Origin: a virus
Lineage: Duplodnaviria > Heunggongvirae > Uroviricota > Caudoviricetes
Length of the DNA stretch: 62,580 nucleotides
Direction: 5' to 3' (one strand)
Virus record (IMG/VR): IMGVR_UViG_3300017963_002532
Span: 64,001 to 126,580 of that record
Position numbers and translations under genes: made by a program. Position 1 is the stretch's first letter. Every line of letters starts with the position of its first letter. Shown here piece after piece: positions 18,162 through 27,583 of this stretch. Below the pieces are notes generated by a model, which had not been told where the DNA came from, did no database searches, and saw only the letters and a program-made list of their open reading frames with translations.

Positions 18162-19068
18162 TTTTGCATTCCTCAATGAAGGCTACGACTTTGTCCGCAT
18201 AGCTCTTCCAATCACCCAACTCCATAATCGCCTTGCGACGATACTCCCGCGCCTCTGCCCGCGTCTGTAAGATGTGGAGAAGAGCCTCCACATCCCCCGG
18301 CGGATAGCAATGCTCAGGCTGGATCTCATAGTTGAAGAGACCCACGTCTGAGGCGATGATCGGAAGCCCAGCTAAGTGAGCCTCCATCCCACAATACGGT
18401 CCGGCTGTCCAAAGGATCGGCACCAGGAGATAGTCTACCTGATGATATAGCTTGGCGTAGTCTTGTGGGTATGTGCAGTGGCTATCGGGGATGTGTAATA
18501 CCTCGATATTGTTCTGTTCGTACTTGTCTACTACGGGCTCCCAACCATTACCCACGAAGATGAGTTCATATCTCTCCTTCAGCAGCTTGCAGAACTCCTT
18601 GTGGTCTGGCAGATTAAGCATGAAGTCATGCCCGTAACCAGGAAAACCACCCCGGTTGGCGATCAGCAGCTTGATCTTCCGCAGCGGGAAGTCTTCCGCG
18701 ATTGCTGGCGGGGTGACGGTTGTGAGAGGACCACCGTAGCCGATCTCGCGGCACATCTTAGTATACCGCTCATTCATGGACTTGATGCCGTCCAGACCCC
18801 ACACGCCCTGGTTGTTGAACATATCGCGCAGCCAGTCTGCGCTGTCCTCGTGGGCGTGGGTGATATAGCCTACGTGGGTGGCGTCGGGATAGGTGACCTT
18901 GCCGTTACGATAACAGTTCTGAATATCGCAGTAGAAGTAGGCGTCAAATCCGGGGAATGCATTGTGAGAGATTGCATGGTCCCAACCTTCAGGGAGATTG
19001 GCTGCGAGACGTTCGGCAATCTTAGTTAATATCCATCCACTACTCACTGTCACTATATTTAATTTCAT
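18151..19068 (-). CDS. GT-B glycosyltransferase (GT4-like)
   Basis: DYLLVP..TAGPYCGMEAHLAGLPIIASDVG; start ATG 19068. Confidence 0.7.
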   Translation of the reverse strand: MKLNIVTVSSGWILTKIAERLAANLPEGWDHAISHNAFPGFDAYFYCDIQNCYRNGKVTYPDATHVGYITHAHEDSADWLRDMFNNQGVWGLDGIKSMNERYTKMCREIGYGGPLTTVTPPAIAEDFPLRKIKLLIANRGGFPGYGHDFMLNLPDHKEFCKLLKERYELIFVGNGWEPVVDKYEQNNIEVLHIPDSHCTYPQDYAKLYHQVDYLLVPILWTAGPYCGMEAHLAGLPIIASDVGLFNYEIQPEHCYPPGDVEALLHILQTRAEAREYRRKAIMELGDWKSYADKVVAFIEECKNAG

Positions 19069-19573
19069 CCTCATCTCCAAAATTTGTCTTAGCATATTCA
19101 CCATAATGTTGACGAGCAGCAGTGTCGTATGCTTTCGCAGCTTCAATATCAGAATTAAAACTACCAAGAGAAATTTTCTTATTATTCACATAAATGACAG
19201 CTCGCCAGCGCCCGTTGTCTAATGTCACACCCTTCAGAGGGGACTTGCCAGAATTTGTTTTTTGTTTCGCTCTATTACGGGCATTCTCAGCACGAGATGC
19301 TGAACGAAGATTGATTCTACGATTATCCAAACCGTTATGGTTGATATGGTCTACTTCGGGCGCATCCGGCAATATTATTCTGTGCATACTACGTTGAGGC
19401 TTATACCCACCAACGGCATAATAAGCGTTACCGACGCTATGAGCAGTCCATGTATAATCCCGCACCAAATCAAGATCTTGTCTATCTACTATGGCACGCA
19501 TACCATTACTAAGACAGAACTCTGCACGATCTGGATAGAGCAGAATTAGATTTCTTCTTGGTTTACCAGCCAT
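19040..19573 (-). mobile_element. Free-standing HNH-AP2 homing endonuclease gene
   Basis: MHRII..EVDHINHNGLDNRRINLR..ENARN, then AP2 domain KGV..GRWRAVI..SLGSF..EAAKAYD; visibly more AT-rich than neighbours. Confidence 0.85.
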
Positions 19574-20151
19574 TTATACATCCAAACCAGGGCGTTGGGA
19601 CTATTCTCAACATCGCAGGTAGAAATCTCTAGCCCAAGGTTCAAAGATGCGAAGACCTCTGGCGTAGGAACCACGATGCGGTGACGCTGCCACGGGTTAT
19701 GGTTACCAGCATCCTCGCCGTAGTAATTACCCCACGGTGTCCACGCTAAGAATAGCATATCGAGCCGGTCCAGGAGTTTCGGCATCAGGGTCTCGTGCTC
19801 TTCAATCCCAACATGCTCGGGTCCATGGCTCCAAATACACGTGTCGAATCCGCGCTCCCATAGCGCGTCATTGTCTACCGCCTCCTGGATGGACGATCCA
19901 ACAACCTCGATGCGCGGGTCGTTACGATACCACGCTCGTGCAATATGCGCATTGGACCTGTGTGCTTCGATAATCATAATGCGCTCGAAGCCGAGGTCGT
20001 CCTGGAACAAGTCTACCCACTGACGAGACGGGGTGTCATCATCCCACCCGATCGTTACAAGACTCTTCCCCATCTTCCCGGCATGGGTCCGCAGGAAGTT
20101 CATCAGAGGAGCATGGAATTGCTCTTGAAGTAAGTGATGAATGTGTTTCAT
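19546..20151 (-). CDS. Probable SAM-dependent methyltransferase-fold protein (divergent)
   Basis: LVTIGWD, MIIEAH, FDTCIWSHGPEH; start ATG 20151. Confidence 0.5.
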   Translation of the reverse strand: MKHIHHLLQEQFHAPLMNFLRTHAGKMGKSLVTIGWDDDTPSRQWVDLFQDDLGFERIMIIEAHRSNAHIARAWYRNDPRIEVVGSSIQEAVDNDALWERGFDTCIWSHGPEHVGIEEHETLMPKLLDRLDMLFLAWTPWGNYYGEDAGNHNPWQRHRIVVPTPEVFASLNLGLEISTCDVENSPNALVWMYKWLVNQEEI

Positions 20152-20972
20152 GATCCGTCCGCACACCTATAGTCATCGATCTGCCATTGCTGATCTAGTC
20201 CCAGCGCCGGATACTTACGGCGCAGATAGTCGAAGTTGATTTCCTGTGGTCTCGAACCCAACTCGGGGCAATAGTGCGACGGCATCCTGTCGTCTGCGAT
20301 TGGCATAAGGCTCATTTCCGCTGTGGAGATGAGACGCTCTAATGCCCAGCCGCGTTGACCACAGTGCCAATATTGTACATACTTCTGCTCGATTGCCTCG
20401 GGTGACGCAAAGCCGAGATGAATGATCTCGACATCCGACTGGTCCAGCATGTTCGACACGTCCGGCGTCTGCTTCTGGTGTAGCCCCGGACGCAGGTTAT
20501 ACTTCAGACCGGGCTCGATCTTGTAGATACACATCTGTCCGAACTCGTTAAACTGCTGGTCTGTTCTATACCAGCGCGGGTGTAAGTAGCTGTTCAGCCA
20601 ATGGGTTCCCCAACCCGTGACGCCCTCAGCCTCGCCGCGCTCGATCAACTCCATGATCTTACCCTCGTCGGTTCCTGCGCGGTCAAAGATCGTGTCGCCA
20701 TCCTGCCAGACAATCCAGTCGCCCTTGAGAACGTCGCGGGCATAGTCGAGAAGCTGCTGCTTGATAAACAACTCCCGGCAGAACTCGCCGCCGTGCCCTT
20801 GGATTACGTGACTGGTGTATTCCTTATAGACCTCTTGGGACCCGTCGTCGCTGCCATCATCATAGATGACGAAGTTATCGTCGCCCAGGATGAGGCGCAT
20901 ATTCTCCAGCACGCGACGCAGGTTGCCGTTCTGGAGTTCGTTCTTCAGTTGAAGATAGCCTACTGCTCTCAT
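20148..20972 (-). CDS. GT2-family glycosyltransferase (paralog A of three)
   Basis: YLQLKNE, VIYDDGSDDGS, WIVWQDGD, IIHLGF. Confidence 0.8.
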   Translation of the reverse strand: MRAVGYLQLKNELQNGNLRRVLENMRLILGDDNFVIYDDGSDDGSQEVYKEYTSHVIQGHGGEFCRELFIKQQLLDYARDVLKGDWIVWQDGDTIFDRAGTDEGKIMELIERGEAEGVTGWGTHWLNSYLHPRWYRTDQQFNEFGQMCIYKIEPGLKYNLRPGLHQKQTPDVSNMLDQSDVEIIHLGFASPEAIEQKYVQYWHCGQRGWALERLISTAEMSLMPIADDRMPSHYCPELGSRPQEINFDYLRRKYPALGLDQQWQIDDYRCADGS

Positions 20973-21571
20973 TGGTATTTCTGCCTAAAAATCTTGGTAT
21001 AAATCCACACGGCTTTGTGGTGACCAAACATCCAGAAGAGTTTACATAGGACACCCCGCCAGAAGAGAATCCGCCCCTCCTCTTTATACGAGAGACCAAG
21101 CTGGTTTGCGAGCACGTGGCATGACCTCGCGTAATGCTCTTCAAGCCCCGTCCCACGTGGTTGCTCAACATCTTCCATGAAGTCATAGAACAACTCAGCC
21201 TGTCTAGCGCATAGAGCATAACGGCTATATCCGAACTGACGTTCTTCCAAGTTGCCCGGTTTGAAATACCAGTCGGCAAACATGCCATTGTCAGGCGTTA
21301 GAAACTTGACATCAGTCAACTCCGGATGCTCGTCTAGATATTCTTTGATTTCATCAAGAATCTTCTGTGCCCTAATAACGTTATATTCAATCCATGTAAT
21401 CTCAGCATATGGCTCGAAGAAGAACCACCGGCAAGCATCCGGCACATCGTTGTGTTCGAGGATCTGCATGATCTGGTCTACATGGGGTACGTACTCTCGG
21501 CACTTCTCGAAATTACTCTTATAGTCAATCTCGATGCCGCCAAAGGTCACGCGGTAATTCGGAAGGTTCAT
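20969..21571 (-). CDS. Hypothetical protein
   Basis: Intact 200-aa ORF with ATGA overlaps on both sides; no motif recognised. Confidence 0.6.
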   Translation of the reverse strand: MNLPNYRVTFGGIEIDYKSNFEKCREYVPHVDQIMQILEHNDVPDACRWFFFEPYAEITWIEYNVIRAQKILDEIKEYLDEHPELTDVKFLTPDNGMFADWYFKPGNLEERQFGYSRYALCARQAELFYDFMEDVEQPRGTGLEEHYARSCHVLANQLGLSYKEEGRILFWRGVLCKLFWMFGHHKAVWIYTKIFRQKYQ

Positions 21572-22332
21572 GATTCATTCCTCAAATATGACCAATCCGG
21601 GATGACCGGCGGATCACCCTCCGGCTTCGGCTGGTAATGAGAAGGAAAGAGATAGTCCGGCATATAGGACAGCGACGGCTGGGTGGAAAGCATACGCTCC
21701 AACGCCCAGCCCGTCTGCCCCAGCGCCCGATACTGGCGGTACTTCCGCTCGATCTCCTCCTGGGATGAGAAGCCCAGGTGAATGATTTCGACCACGCGCT
21801 GGTCTTCCACCTGAGCCACCCCATTCGGAAACCGCTGACGATGAAGTCCCGGCGTCAAATCATACGCCAATTCTGGCGTCAAACGAAATAAACCGACGGT
21901 AAGCAAGTCGTCGAATCGATCGTCTACACGATACCAGCGCGGGCTGAGATACGTGTTAATCCAATGAATCGCATAGCCATCGCACCCATCTAATTTGTCT
22001 GCCTTCTCCATTAGGTCCCGGATTGCGCCCTCGTCTGTGGCGGCTCTATTGAACACGGCATCGCCGTCGATCCAAACCGCCCAATCTCCATTGAGTACGT
22101 CACGGCAGTAATCGAGTAACTGCTGGCTAATCTCCGCCTCGCGCTGGAACATACCGCCGGGACCCTGAATCACGTGGGGCGTGTACTTACGATAGATCTC
22201 TTGAGACCCGTCGTCGGAACCGTCGTCGTAGATAACAAAGTCGTCGCACACCAAGCTGAGGTTTTCAAGACAACGACGTAGGTGTCCTGAGCGACGCTCG
22301 TTCTTTAGCTGAACGTAGCCAACTAGTTTCAT
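21568..22332 (-). CDS. GT2-family glycosyltransferase (paralog B of three)
   Basis: YVQLKNE, VIYDDGSDDGS, WAVWIDGD, IIHLGF. Confidence 0.8.
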   Translation of the reverse strand: MKLVGYVQLKNERRSGHLRRCLENLSLVCDDFVIYDDGSDDGSQEIYRKYTPHVIQGPGGMFQREAEISQQLLDYCRDVLNGDWAVWIDGDAVFNRAATDEGAIRDLMEKADKLDGCDGYAIHWINTYLSPRWYRVDDRFDDLLTVGLFRLTPELAYDLTPGLHRQRFPNGVAQVEDQRVVEIIHLGFSSQEEIERKYRQYRALGQTGWALERMLSTQPSLSYMPDYLFPSHYQPKPEGDPPVIPDWSYLRNES

Positions 22333-22336
22333 GTTC

Positions 22337-23212
22337 TTATCCTAAGATACACTTGAGCGAAAGGTCCTTATTCCTTTGGGCTCTTCGCTGAAATTCATCA
22401 GGCTCGATATCCCGCAGCCCGTTGAGCACGTTGATATTCCTCTTGTGAAATGGACCGCCACGAAAGCGACCACTACTCTTGTGCCATAGATGATACGCTT
22501 GCATATCATCTACAACCTGAAGCTCTCCGCCAGCCTGCGCTAAGCGCAGCATCATGAAGTCATCTTCTGCCGCCCAACCGCTCATGAAGTCGATATCGAT
22601 CAACCCACTCTCTAGGAATAGGTCTTTCGCACAACCCCACACGTAGGGATAGAAGGGACTCCCCAGGTCTGACGCCACGAGGGCGGTGCCCACTTCCGCG
22701 TCTTGCGCGAGATGATACGACACGCCGGGCTGGTTCACGTGATATGCACGATGATCTAATAAGGGCGCATTATACTGAACGTCAACTACCATCTCCGGCG
22801 ACAACTTCGCCTGTCCACTGAACGTGTTAGCAAACGGCACCCGCTTGCCAAGGTCTTCGTTGCGCAGCATGAACGCAATGTTGTCTTTCAGGAAGAGTGT
22901 TTCTGGTTGGAACTTCAGTACGCGATTACCACCCGCCAACAGAAATGCCAGATTGGTTGTGATCGTCGCGCTGCCCGACACGATGTCCACCCCGGCTCTC
23001 TTCACGTCGATCTGGACGAGCCGGATAGTATTAAAGTAGTCGCGGACTTGCAGTAAAAGATCCTCTAGCCCGTCGGTGCTCTCTTCATCGATTACGAGTA
23101 GTTCAACCTCACTAGCCTTGAGCGCCTCGCTAGAATGATGAAGAACACTACTCAGCGTCAAGCCTAGCTGTTCTGCCCGATTCTTGATACCAACCGCAAT
23201 GGTCAACATCAC
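22337..23212 (-). CDS. GT2-family glycosyltransferase
   Basis: LTIAVGIKNR, LVIDEESTDG, GWAAEDDFMMLRL, YHLWH. Confidence 0.7.
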   Translation of the reverse strand: MMLTIAVGIKNRAEQLGLTLSSVLHHSSEALKASEVELLVIDEESTDGLEDLLLQVRDYFNTIRLVQIDVKRAGVDIVSGSATITTNLAFLLAGGNRVLKFQPETLFLKDNIAFMLRNEDLGKRVPFANTFSGQAKLSPEMVVDVQYNAPLLDHRAYHVNQPGVSYHLAQDAEVGTALVASDLGSPFYPYVWGCAKDLFLESGLIDIDFMSGWAAEDDFMMLRLAQAGGELQVVDDMQAYHLWHKSSGRFRGGPFHKRNINVLNGLRDIEPDEFQRRAQRNKDLSLKCILG

Positions 23213-24063
23213 ACCAACCCTATCTCACGGATCACCCAAAAGACGAAGCCATCAAACTCATGCGCGTTATCCGGCGTCAACTTACTATTGTATTCCTGGA
23301 AGAGTGGATGCCCACCGAATAGATGTACGCAGTATTGAGGGATCTCTCGATCCTCCCCCTCAAAGATTGAGGGGATCACGTCACAATTATACGGATACAG
23401 CGTCTCGCTGGGCACGATGCAAGAGTTGGGGAACCTGTCAACCAACACTTGGTCATATCGCGCAGAGAGTAGCCGAAACGAATTGTGCGGATCGCACCCT
23501 GGGTCCAACAACAAGTATAGCGCGTCTGTCCCACAAGACTGGTAGTGCTCCGGCTTAAAGCCGCCATGACTACTGGCAAGCAACTCCTTGAAGAACTCGC
23601 TGCCGGGGCTCGCTGCAAGGAATCCAATCTGGAAACCCTGTGCCACGCTGTATGTAATGACCGCGTCCTTGTCTTTCACAACGTCATATAGGTCATCGAT
23701 CGGACCCGTGAACAGCGTGTCTGTATCTACATAGATGCCGCCGTTCTTGTGTAGCTCTTGGAAGCGGAAGATGTCGCTGGAATGGACGGGAGCCTTGTCA
23801 TCGAGGAGGCGGCTCAATTCACCCTCCACAGGGATCACGTTGATACGCAGATCCTTCAGGAATGGAAGGTAGTCCTTCCCCTCGTAAACATGAAAGTCCT
23901 GCTTGCCGTCGCCGAGCCAAGTCTTCTCGGCATCTTTCGGACGCTGGAGGAATAGATCGATCTGCCAGTCTGGATGGAAGTGACGTATTGACTTCAGACA
24001 CAGGAACCGTAGATACGATAGCTTGTCCGCCGACCAAAAAAGAAAAAACCTGCGCGGGATCAT
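23209..24063 (-). CDS. DXD sugar-binding glycosyltransferase (GT32-like)
   Basis: MIPRRFFLFW, SDIFRFQELHKNGGIYVDTD, GFLAASPGSEFF, CVHLF. Confidence 0.75.
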   Translation of the reverse strand: MIPRRFFLFWSADKLSYLRFLCLKSIRHFHPDWQIDLFLQRPKDAEKTWLGDGKQDFHVYEGKDYLPFLKDLRINVIPVEGELSRLLDDKAPVHSSDIFRFQELHKNGGIYVDTDTLFTGPIDDLYDVVKDKDAVITYSVAQGFQIGFLAASPGSEFFKELLASSHGGFKPEHYQSCGTDALYLLLDPGCDPHNSFRLLSARYDQVLVDRFPNSCIVPSETLYPYNCDVIPSIFEGEDREIPQYCVHLFGGHPLFQEYNSKLTPDNAHEFDGFVFWVIREIGLV

Positions 24064-24824
24064 TACTCTTCCCTTAAATAATCGAAGTTGTGACTCGGCT
24101 TCTCGTCACAGGGGTCGGGTTGCCAGTGCGCCGGGAAAGTATCCTCCGGCAACTTCTGTAGTTCCATTCCCTCTGTGTCGATTAGTCGGTCGAGAGCCCA
24201 GCCGCTCTGGTGTGGTTTATACTGTCTATACTTGCCTTCAATCCACTCGGGAGATGCGAATCCCATGTGGATAATCTGAGTCTCGTTCTGGTCCCTCCAG
24301 TCACCTATGTTCGCCGGGTGCCTCGCCCGGTGCAGCCCTGGCGTCAGGTCAAACTGTAGCTCCGGTGTCAACCGGAACAGCGCCATGATCCATAGGTCGT
24401 TGAAGCTGTTGTCCATACGCTGCCACCACGGGCTCAGATACGTGTTGACGTAGTGAAACCTCCATGCGTGCATGGGGTATTGAGGACCGTCCGCGATCTC
24501 TATGAGTTTACGAATAGCACCCTCGTCTGTAGCAGCGCGATCAAAGATAGCATCGCAGTCCTGCCAGATGCACCAGTCGCCCTGGAGGACGTCGCGGCAA
24601 TAGTCCAAACATGCCTGACTAATCTTGGCTTCTTGCTTCCACTCGTTCCCCGGACCCTGGATTACGTGAGGCGTGTACTCGCGGTAGACCTCTTGGGACC
24701 CGTCGGTGCTGCCGTCGTCATAGATGACGAACTCGTCCACGACACGGCTGAAGTTCTCAAGAAAGCGACGCAAGTGTCCCCTGCTGAGTTCGTTCTTAGC
24801 CTGCGCGTATCCAACCAGCTTCAT
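24063..24824 (-). CDS. GT2-family glycosyltransferase (paralog C of three)
   Basis: YAQAKNE, VIYDDGSTDGS, WCIWQDCD, IIHMGF. Confidence 0.8.
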   Translation of the reverse strand: MKLVGYAQAKNELSRGHLRRFLENFSRVVDEFVIYDDGSTDGSQEVYREYTPHVIQGPGNEWKQEAKISQACLDYCRDVLQGDWCIWQDCDAIFDRAATDEGAIRKLIEIADGPQYPMHAWRFHYVNTYLSPWWQRMDNSFNDLWIMALFRLTPELQFDLTPGLHRARHPANIGDWRDQNETQIIHMGFASPEWIEGKYRQYKPHQSGWALDRLIDTEGMELQKLPEDTFPAHWQPDPCDEKPSHNFDYLREE

Positions 24825-25609
24825 TAGTATCCCTCGTGATCAAATCGATGCATGAACGGGTCTACACCCGGCGGATATACGTCTTCCGGACGACTATCTT
24901 CACAGAAGTAGAGTTTACGTGCCAATCGCTGACAGTATGCCAGCGCCCTTCGCTCCTCTACCGGGTCTGATCCGGTAAGCTGTCCTAGACTAAGCCGATA
25001 CTCCATCAGCATCTCATTCACAGCCTTGAACTGACCGAACTGACCAATGAGCACGGCGTTGGCGTAGTCTTCACAGATGCGACGCCAGTATGGTCCCGCC
25101 TTGTTCTTCGCCCACATACGAAACATGAACGCGGGTCCCACCTTATACTCGTCTACTAAGTGTTCCCTACCCAGGTCTTCGTGAACCATTGGTCCATGAA
25201 TCATCGCATCATGCTGGTTTACGTAGATGAAGTCACCATATACCATGACGATATCGTCAGACTCGCGGTCTAGCGCATCTACCAATGTAGACACAAAGCG
25301 GGGCTTATATAGGTTGTCGGCGCTGACCATCGTGCCGTAGTCATAGCCGCCCTCGCGGTTGATCGCGTCGAACGCAGTATTAAGAGCGCCGCCGGTTCCC
25401 ATGTTTTCCTGCTCGAAGATCTGAATCTTCTCTGGATACACTTGCTCCCACGCCTGTATAATCTTAAGTAGCTCGGGTCGCGCACCATCGCTTACGGCGA
25501 AGATCTTGTAGTTATCGTAATCCTGGCGCAGCAGCGTGTTCATCGCGGCGTCGGCAAAATCCACGCTCGCATAGAACGGCAGCGCCAAAGCAACTCTTCT
25601 ACTCGCCAT
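24824..25609 (-). CDS. GT2-family glycosyltransferase (pair, copy 1)
   Basis: LPFY, FAVSDGA, QENMGTGGALNTAF, MVSADN, CEDY; start ATG 25609. Confidence 0.85.
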   Translation of the reverse strand: MASRRVALALPFYASVDFADAAMNTLLRQDYDNYKIFAVSDGARPELLKIIQAWEQVYPEKIQIFEQENMGTGGALNTAFDAINREGGYDYGTMVSADNLYKPRFVSTLVDALDRESDDIVMVYGDFIYVNQHDAMIHGPMVHEDLGREHLVDEYKVGPAFMFRMWAKNKAGPYWRRICEDYANAVLIGQFGQFKAVNEMLMEYRLSLGQLTGSDPVEERRALAYCQRLARKLYFCEDSRPEDVYPPGVDPFMHRFDHEGY

Positions 25610-26015
25610 CAGTCTCTTCCGGGAACCATGCAAAACCCAGGCGGCGTAGGGCTTGATCATACACGCCGGAGCCTAGCTCACGCATACACTCGATACTGCG
25701 GTCATCAATAAACGCCACAGCATCGGGCTTACCAGTGCCGCCAGTAAAGATGGAATCATACTCCAGCCCGTGCTTCTTCATCCACTCGCGGATACACTCA
25801 GCGGCGAACTCCGGGCTCTGCCCGTGGAGATCCGTGAAGAACTGGTTAGTTCGGCACGTGTAGATCATCACCGTATACCGCGTGCGCAGGGTCATAAGCA
25901 TCTCTCTCGCGCCCGGGTATGGATCATTGAACGTGCGAAGCCCATCACTCCAGTCATTCGGCTGCGGAGCTAGGGTGCCGTCGAGGTCTACGCACACGAG
26001 AGGCTTAGACATCAT
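25599..26015 (-). CDS. Small HAD phosphatase (capsule-locus/PNKP phosphatase-like)
   Basis: VCVDLDGTL, PYPG, IYTCR, KPDAVAFIDDR. Confidence 0.75.
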   Translation of the reverse strand: MMSKPLVCVDLDGTLAPQPNDWSDGLRTFNDPYPGAREMLMTLRTRYTVMIYTCRTNQFFTDLHGQSPEFAAECIREWMKKHGLEYDSIFTGGTGKPDAVAFIDDRSIECMRELGSGVYDQALRRLGFAWFPEETDGE

Positions 26016-26814
26016 CCAACCCCTTCTTCTCAGCCGCCTCGTGGTCATAGCGGTGGATGTAGGGATCTACGTCGTCAGGATAGATATCGTCCAGTGTAAT
26101 ATCCTGCTCGCCCGACAGGGTGAGACGCGCCAGACGACGCGAGTGCTCCGCTGCCCTCTCCTCTTCTTCCTTATTAGAGCCGGTTAGCTGCTTGCCGGGG
26201 TTGTAGCGGAAGCCCATGAGAACAAGGCGCACTAGCTCAAAGTCCCCATACCGCGCCAGCCGGACTGCCATATCGTAGTCTTCACAGATACGACGCCAGT
26301 AGTCGCCAGCCGCACGCTTAGCGTCCATACGGAACATGAATGCCGGACCCTGATCATAACCATTTACCAAGTCCGACGTGGGCTTGAAGTCGTGGATGAC
26401 CGTCTCGATCACGCGATTGTTGACGTCGATATACTGGAAGTCCGCATACACCATCGCAACCTTTTTGGGCGAATGGTCGAGAGCCTTCACGAGACACGAC
26501 AGGAAGTTCGGGTAGTAGATATTATCACCCGATACCATCGTGCCATAATCGAAGCCACCCTTCTCAAACGCGGCGTCGAACCCCGTGTTGAGAGCACCAC
26601 CCGTGCCCTTGTTCTCTTGGCATAGGACGGTAATCTTCTCTGGATGGCGAGACTCCCACTCTTTCATGATGGGTAGGAGATTGCCCTCCGCGCCATCACT
26701 CACGGCGAAGATATGAAAGTTGTCGTACTCCTGGCTAATCAGGCTACGCATCATCATATGAATCCACCGCTCGCTGCGGTAGAACGGAAGGACTACTGCT
26801 ACGCGTCCACCCAT
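26005..26814 (-). CDS. GT2-family glycosyltransferase (pair, copy 2)
   Basis: LPFY, FAVSDGA, QENKGTGGALNTGF, MVSGDN, YWRRICEDY. Confidence 0.85.
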   Translation of the reverse strand: MGGRVAVVLPFYRSERWIHMMMRSLISQEYDNFHIFAVSDGAEGNLLPIMKEWESRHPEKITVLCQENKGTGGALNTGFDAAFEKGGFDYGTMVSGDNIYYPNFLSCLVKALDHSPKKVAMVYADFQYIDVNNRVIETVIHDFKPTSDLVNGYDQGPAFMFRMDAKRAAGDYWRRICEDYDMAVRLARYGDFELVRLVLMGFRYNPGKQLTGSNKEEEERAAEHSRRLARLTLSGEQDITLDDIYPDDVDPYIHRYDHEAAEKKGLDDV

Positions 26815-27359
26815 TATAGTACTCCCTTATCGGTCAGGTCCGAGATCACATCCTTGATCAGACCAATTGACTCGTCGTCGTCATTAGAGACCTTAATCAA
26901 TAGATCAAAACCATCTTCTACCTGTCGTGGAGGATTAGACTCCAACAACTCGTAATATTCAACTACCTTATCGTCCGGCTGCGACTCCTTGCGGCGCTTG
27001 TTCCGGCGCAGGCACGTGTTCAGATCCGCGTCAACAAAGAAGCCTACGACGCGGAAGTCGTCTACCGGCTTTCCGTGCGACCACGCCTTCACAACCCGAC
27101 ACGCCTCTTGACGTACGCGCTGCACCCGCGAACTCGTGTCTAAGACGTAAGAGATCCCTGTCTTCACACACTTGTATTGCTGTGCTACCGCATGAGCCCA
27201 ATTCTCGCACGCACGCTCCCACGAATAGGGCTCGCCCCTCTCCCAATAATCATCCGGGTTGATATAGTGCAAACCGAATTGTTGCGCCAGCAGCTTGGCG
27301 ACGGTGGTCTTGCCCGATCCCATTGCGCCGATCATGATGATCGCCGTGTGTTTTCTCAT
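26814..27359 (-). CDS. P-loop kinase (AAA_33/polynucleotide kinase-like)
   Basis: MIGAMGSGKT, INPDD, YVLDTS, CLRRNKRR lid. Confidence 0.75.
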   Translation of the reverse strand: MRKHTAIIMIGAMGSGKTTVAKLLAQQFGLHYINPDDYWERGEPYSWERACENWAHAVAQQYKCVKTGISYVLDTSSRVQRVRQEACRVVKAWSHGKPVDDFRVVGFFVDADLNTCLRRNKRRKESQPDDKVVEYYELLESNPPRQVEDGFDLLIKVSNDDDESIGLIKDVISDLTDKGVL

Positions 27360-27583
27360 AGTTCCCCCACTAGGTCGGAAGACTCGTCTGTCCCGTGTAG
27401 TCGTAGTTCCTTATCACAGCACGCCGAGGCATACTCAGGGTTATCTATGATGTATAGAAAGAACCCGCAATGGTTGGACCATAGAATCTCAACCACCTTC
27501 GCCGGTCCTACCCACTGCTGAATCGAGGGGTCAATGTAGTCTACCTCGTCGCCTATTTGAAACGCCTGTTCCACCTGTGGCAT
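27356..27583 (-). CDS. Small hypothetical protein (KOW/SH3-like start)
   Basis: FQIGDEV..AKVVEI; fills the gap between flanking genes with coupled start/stop. Confidence 0.45.
   Translation of the reverse strand: MPQVEQAFQIGDEVDYIDPSIQQWVGPAKVVEILWSNHCGFFLYIIDNPEYASACCDKELRLHGTDESSDLVGEL

Noticed and set aside
26543-26552. Plus-strand GCCATAAT matches (here, near 34095 and near 49925)
   Set aside because: They are inside CDSs, on the non-coding strand, and lack the downstream TATRG element
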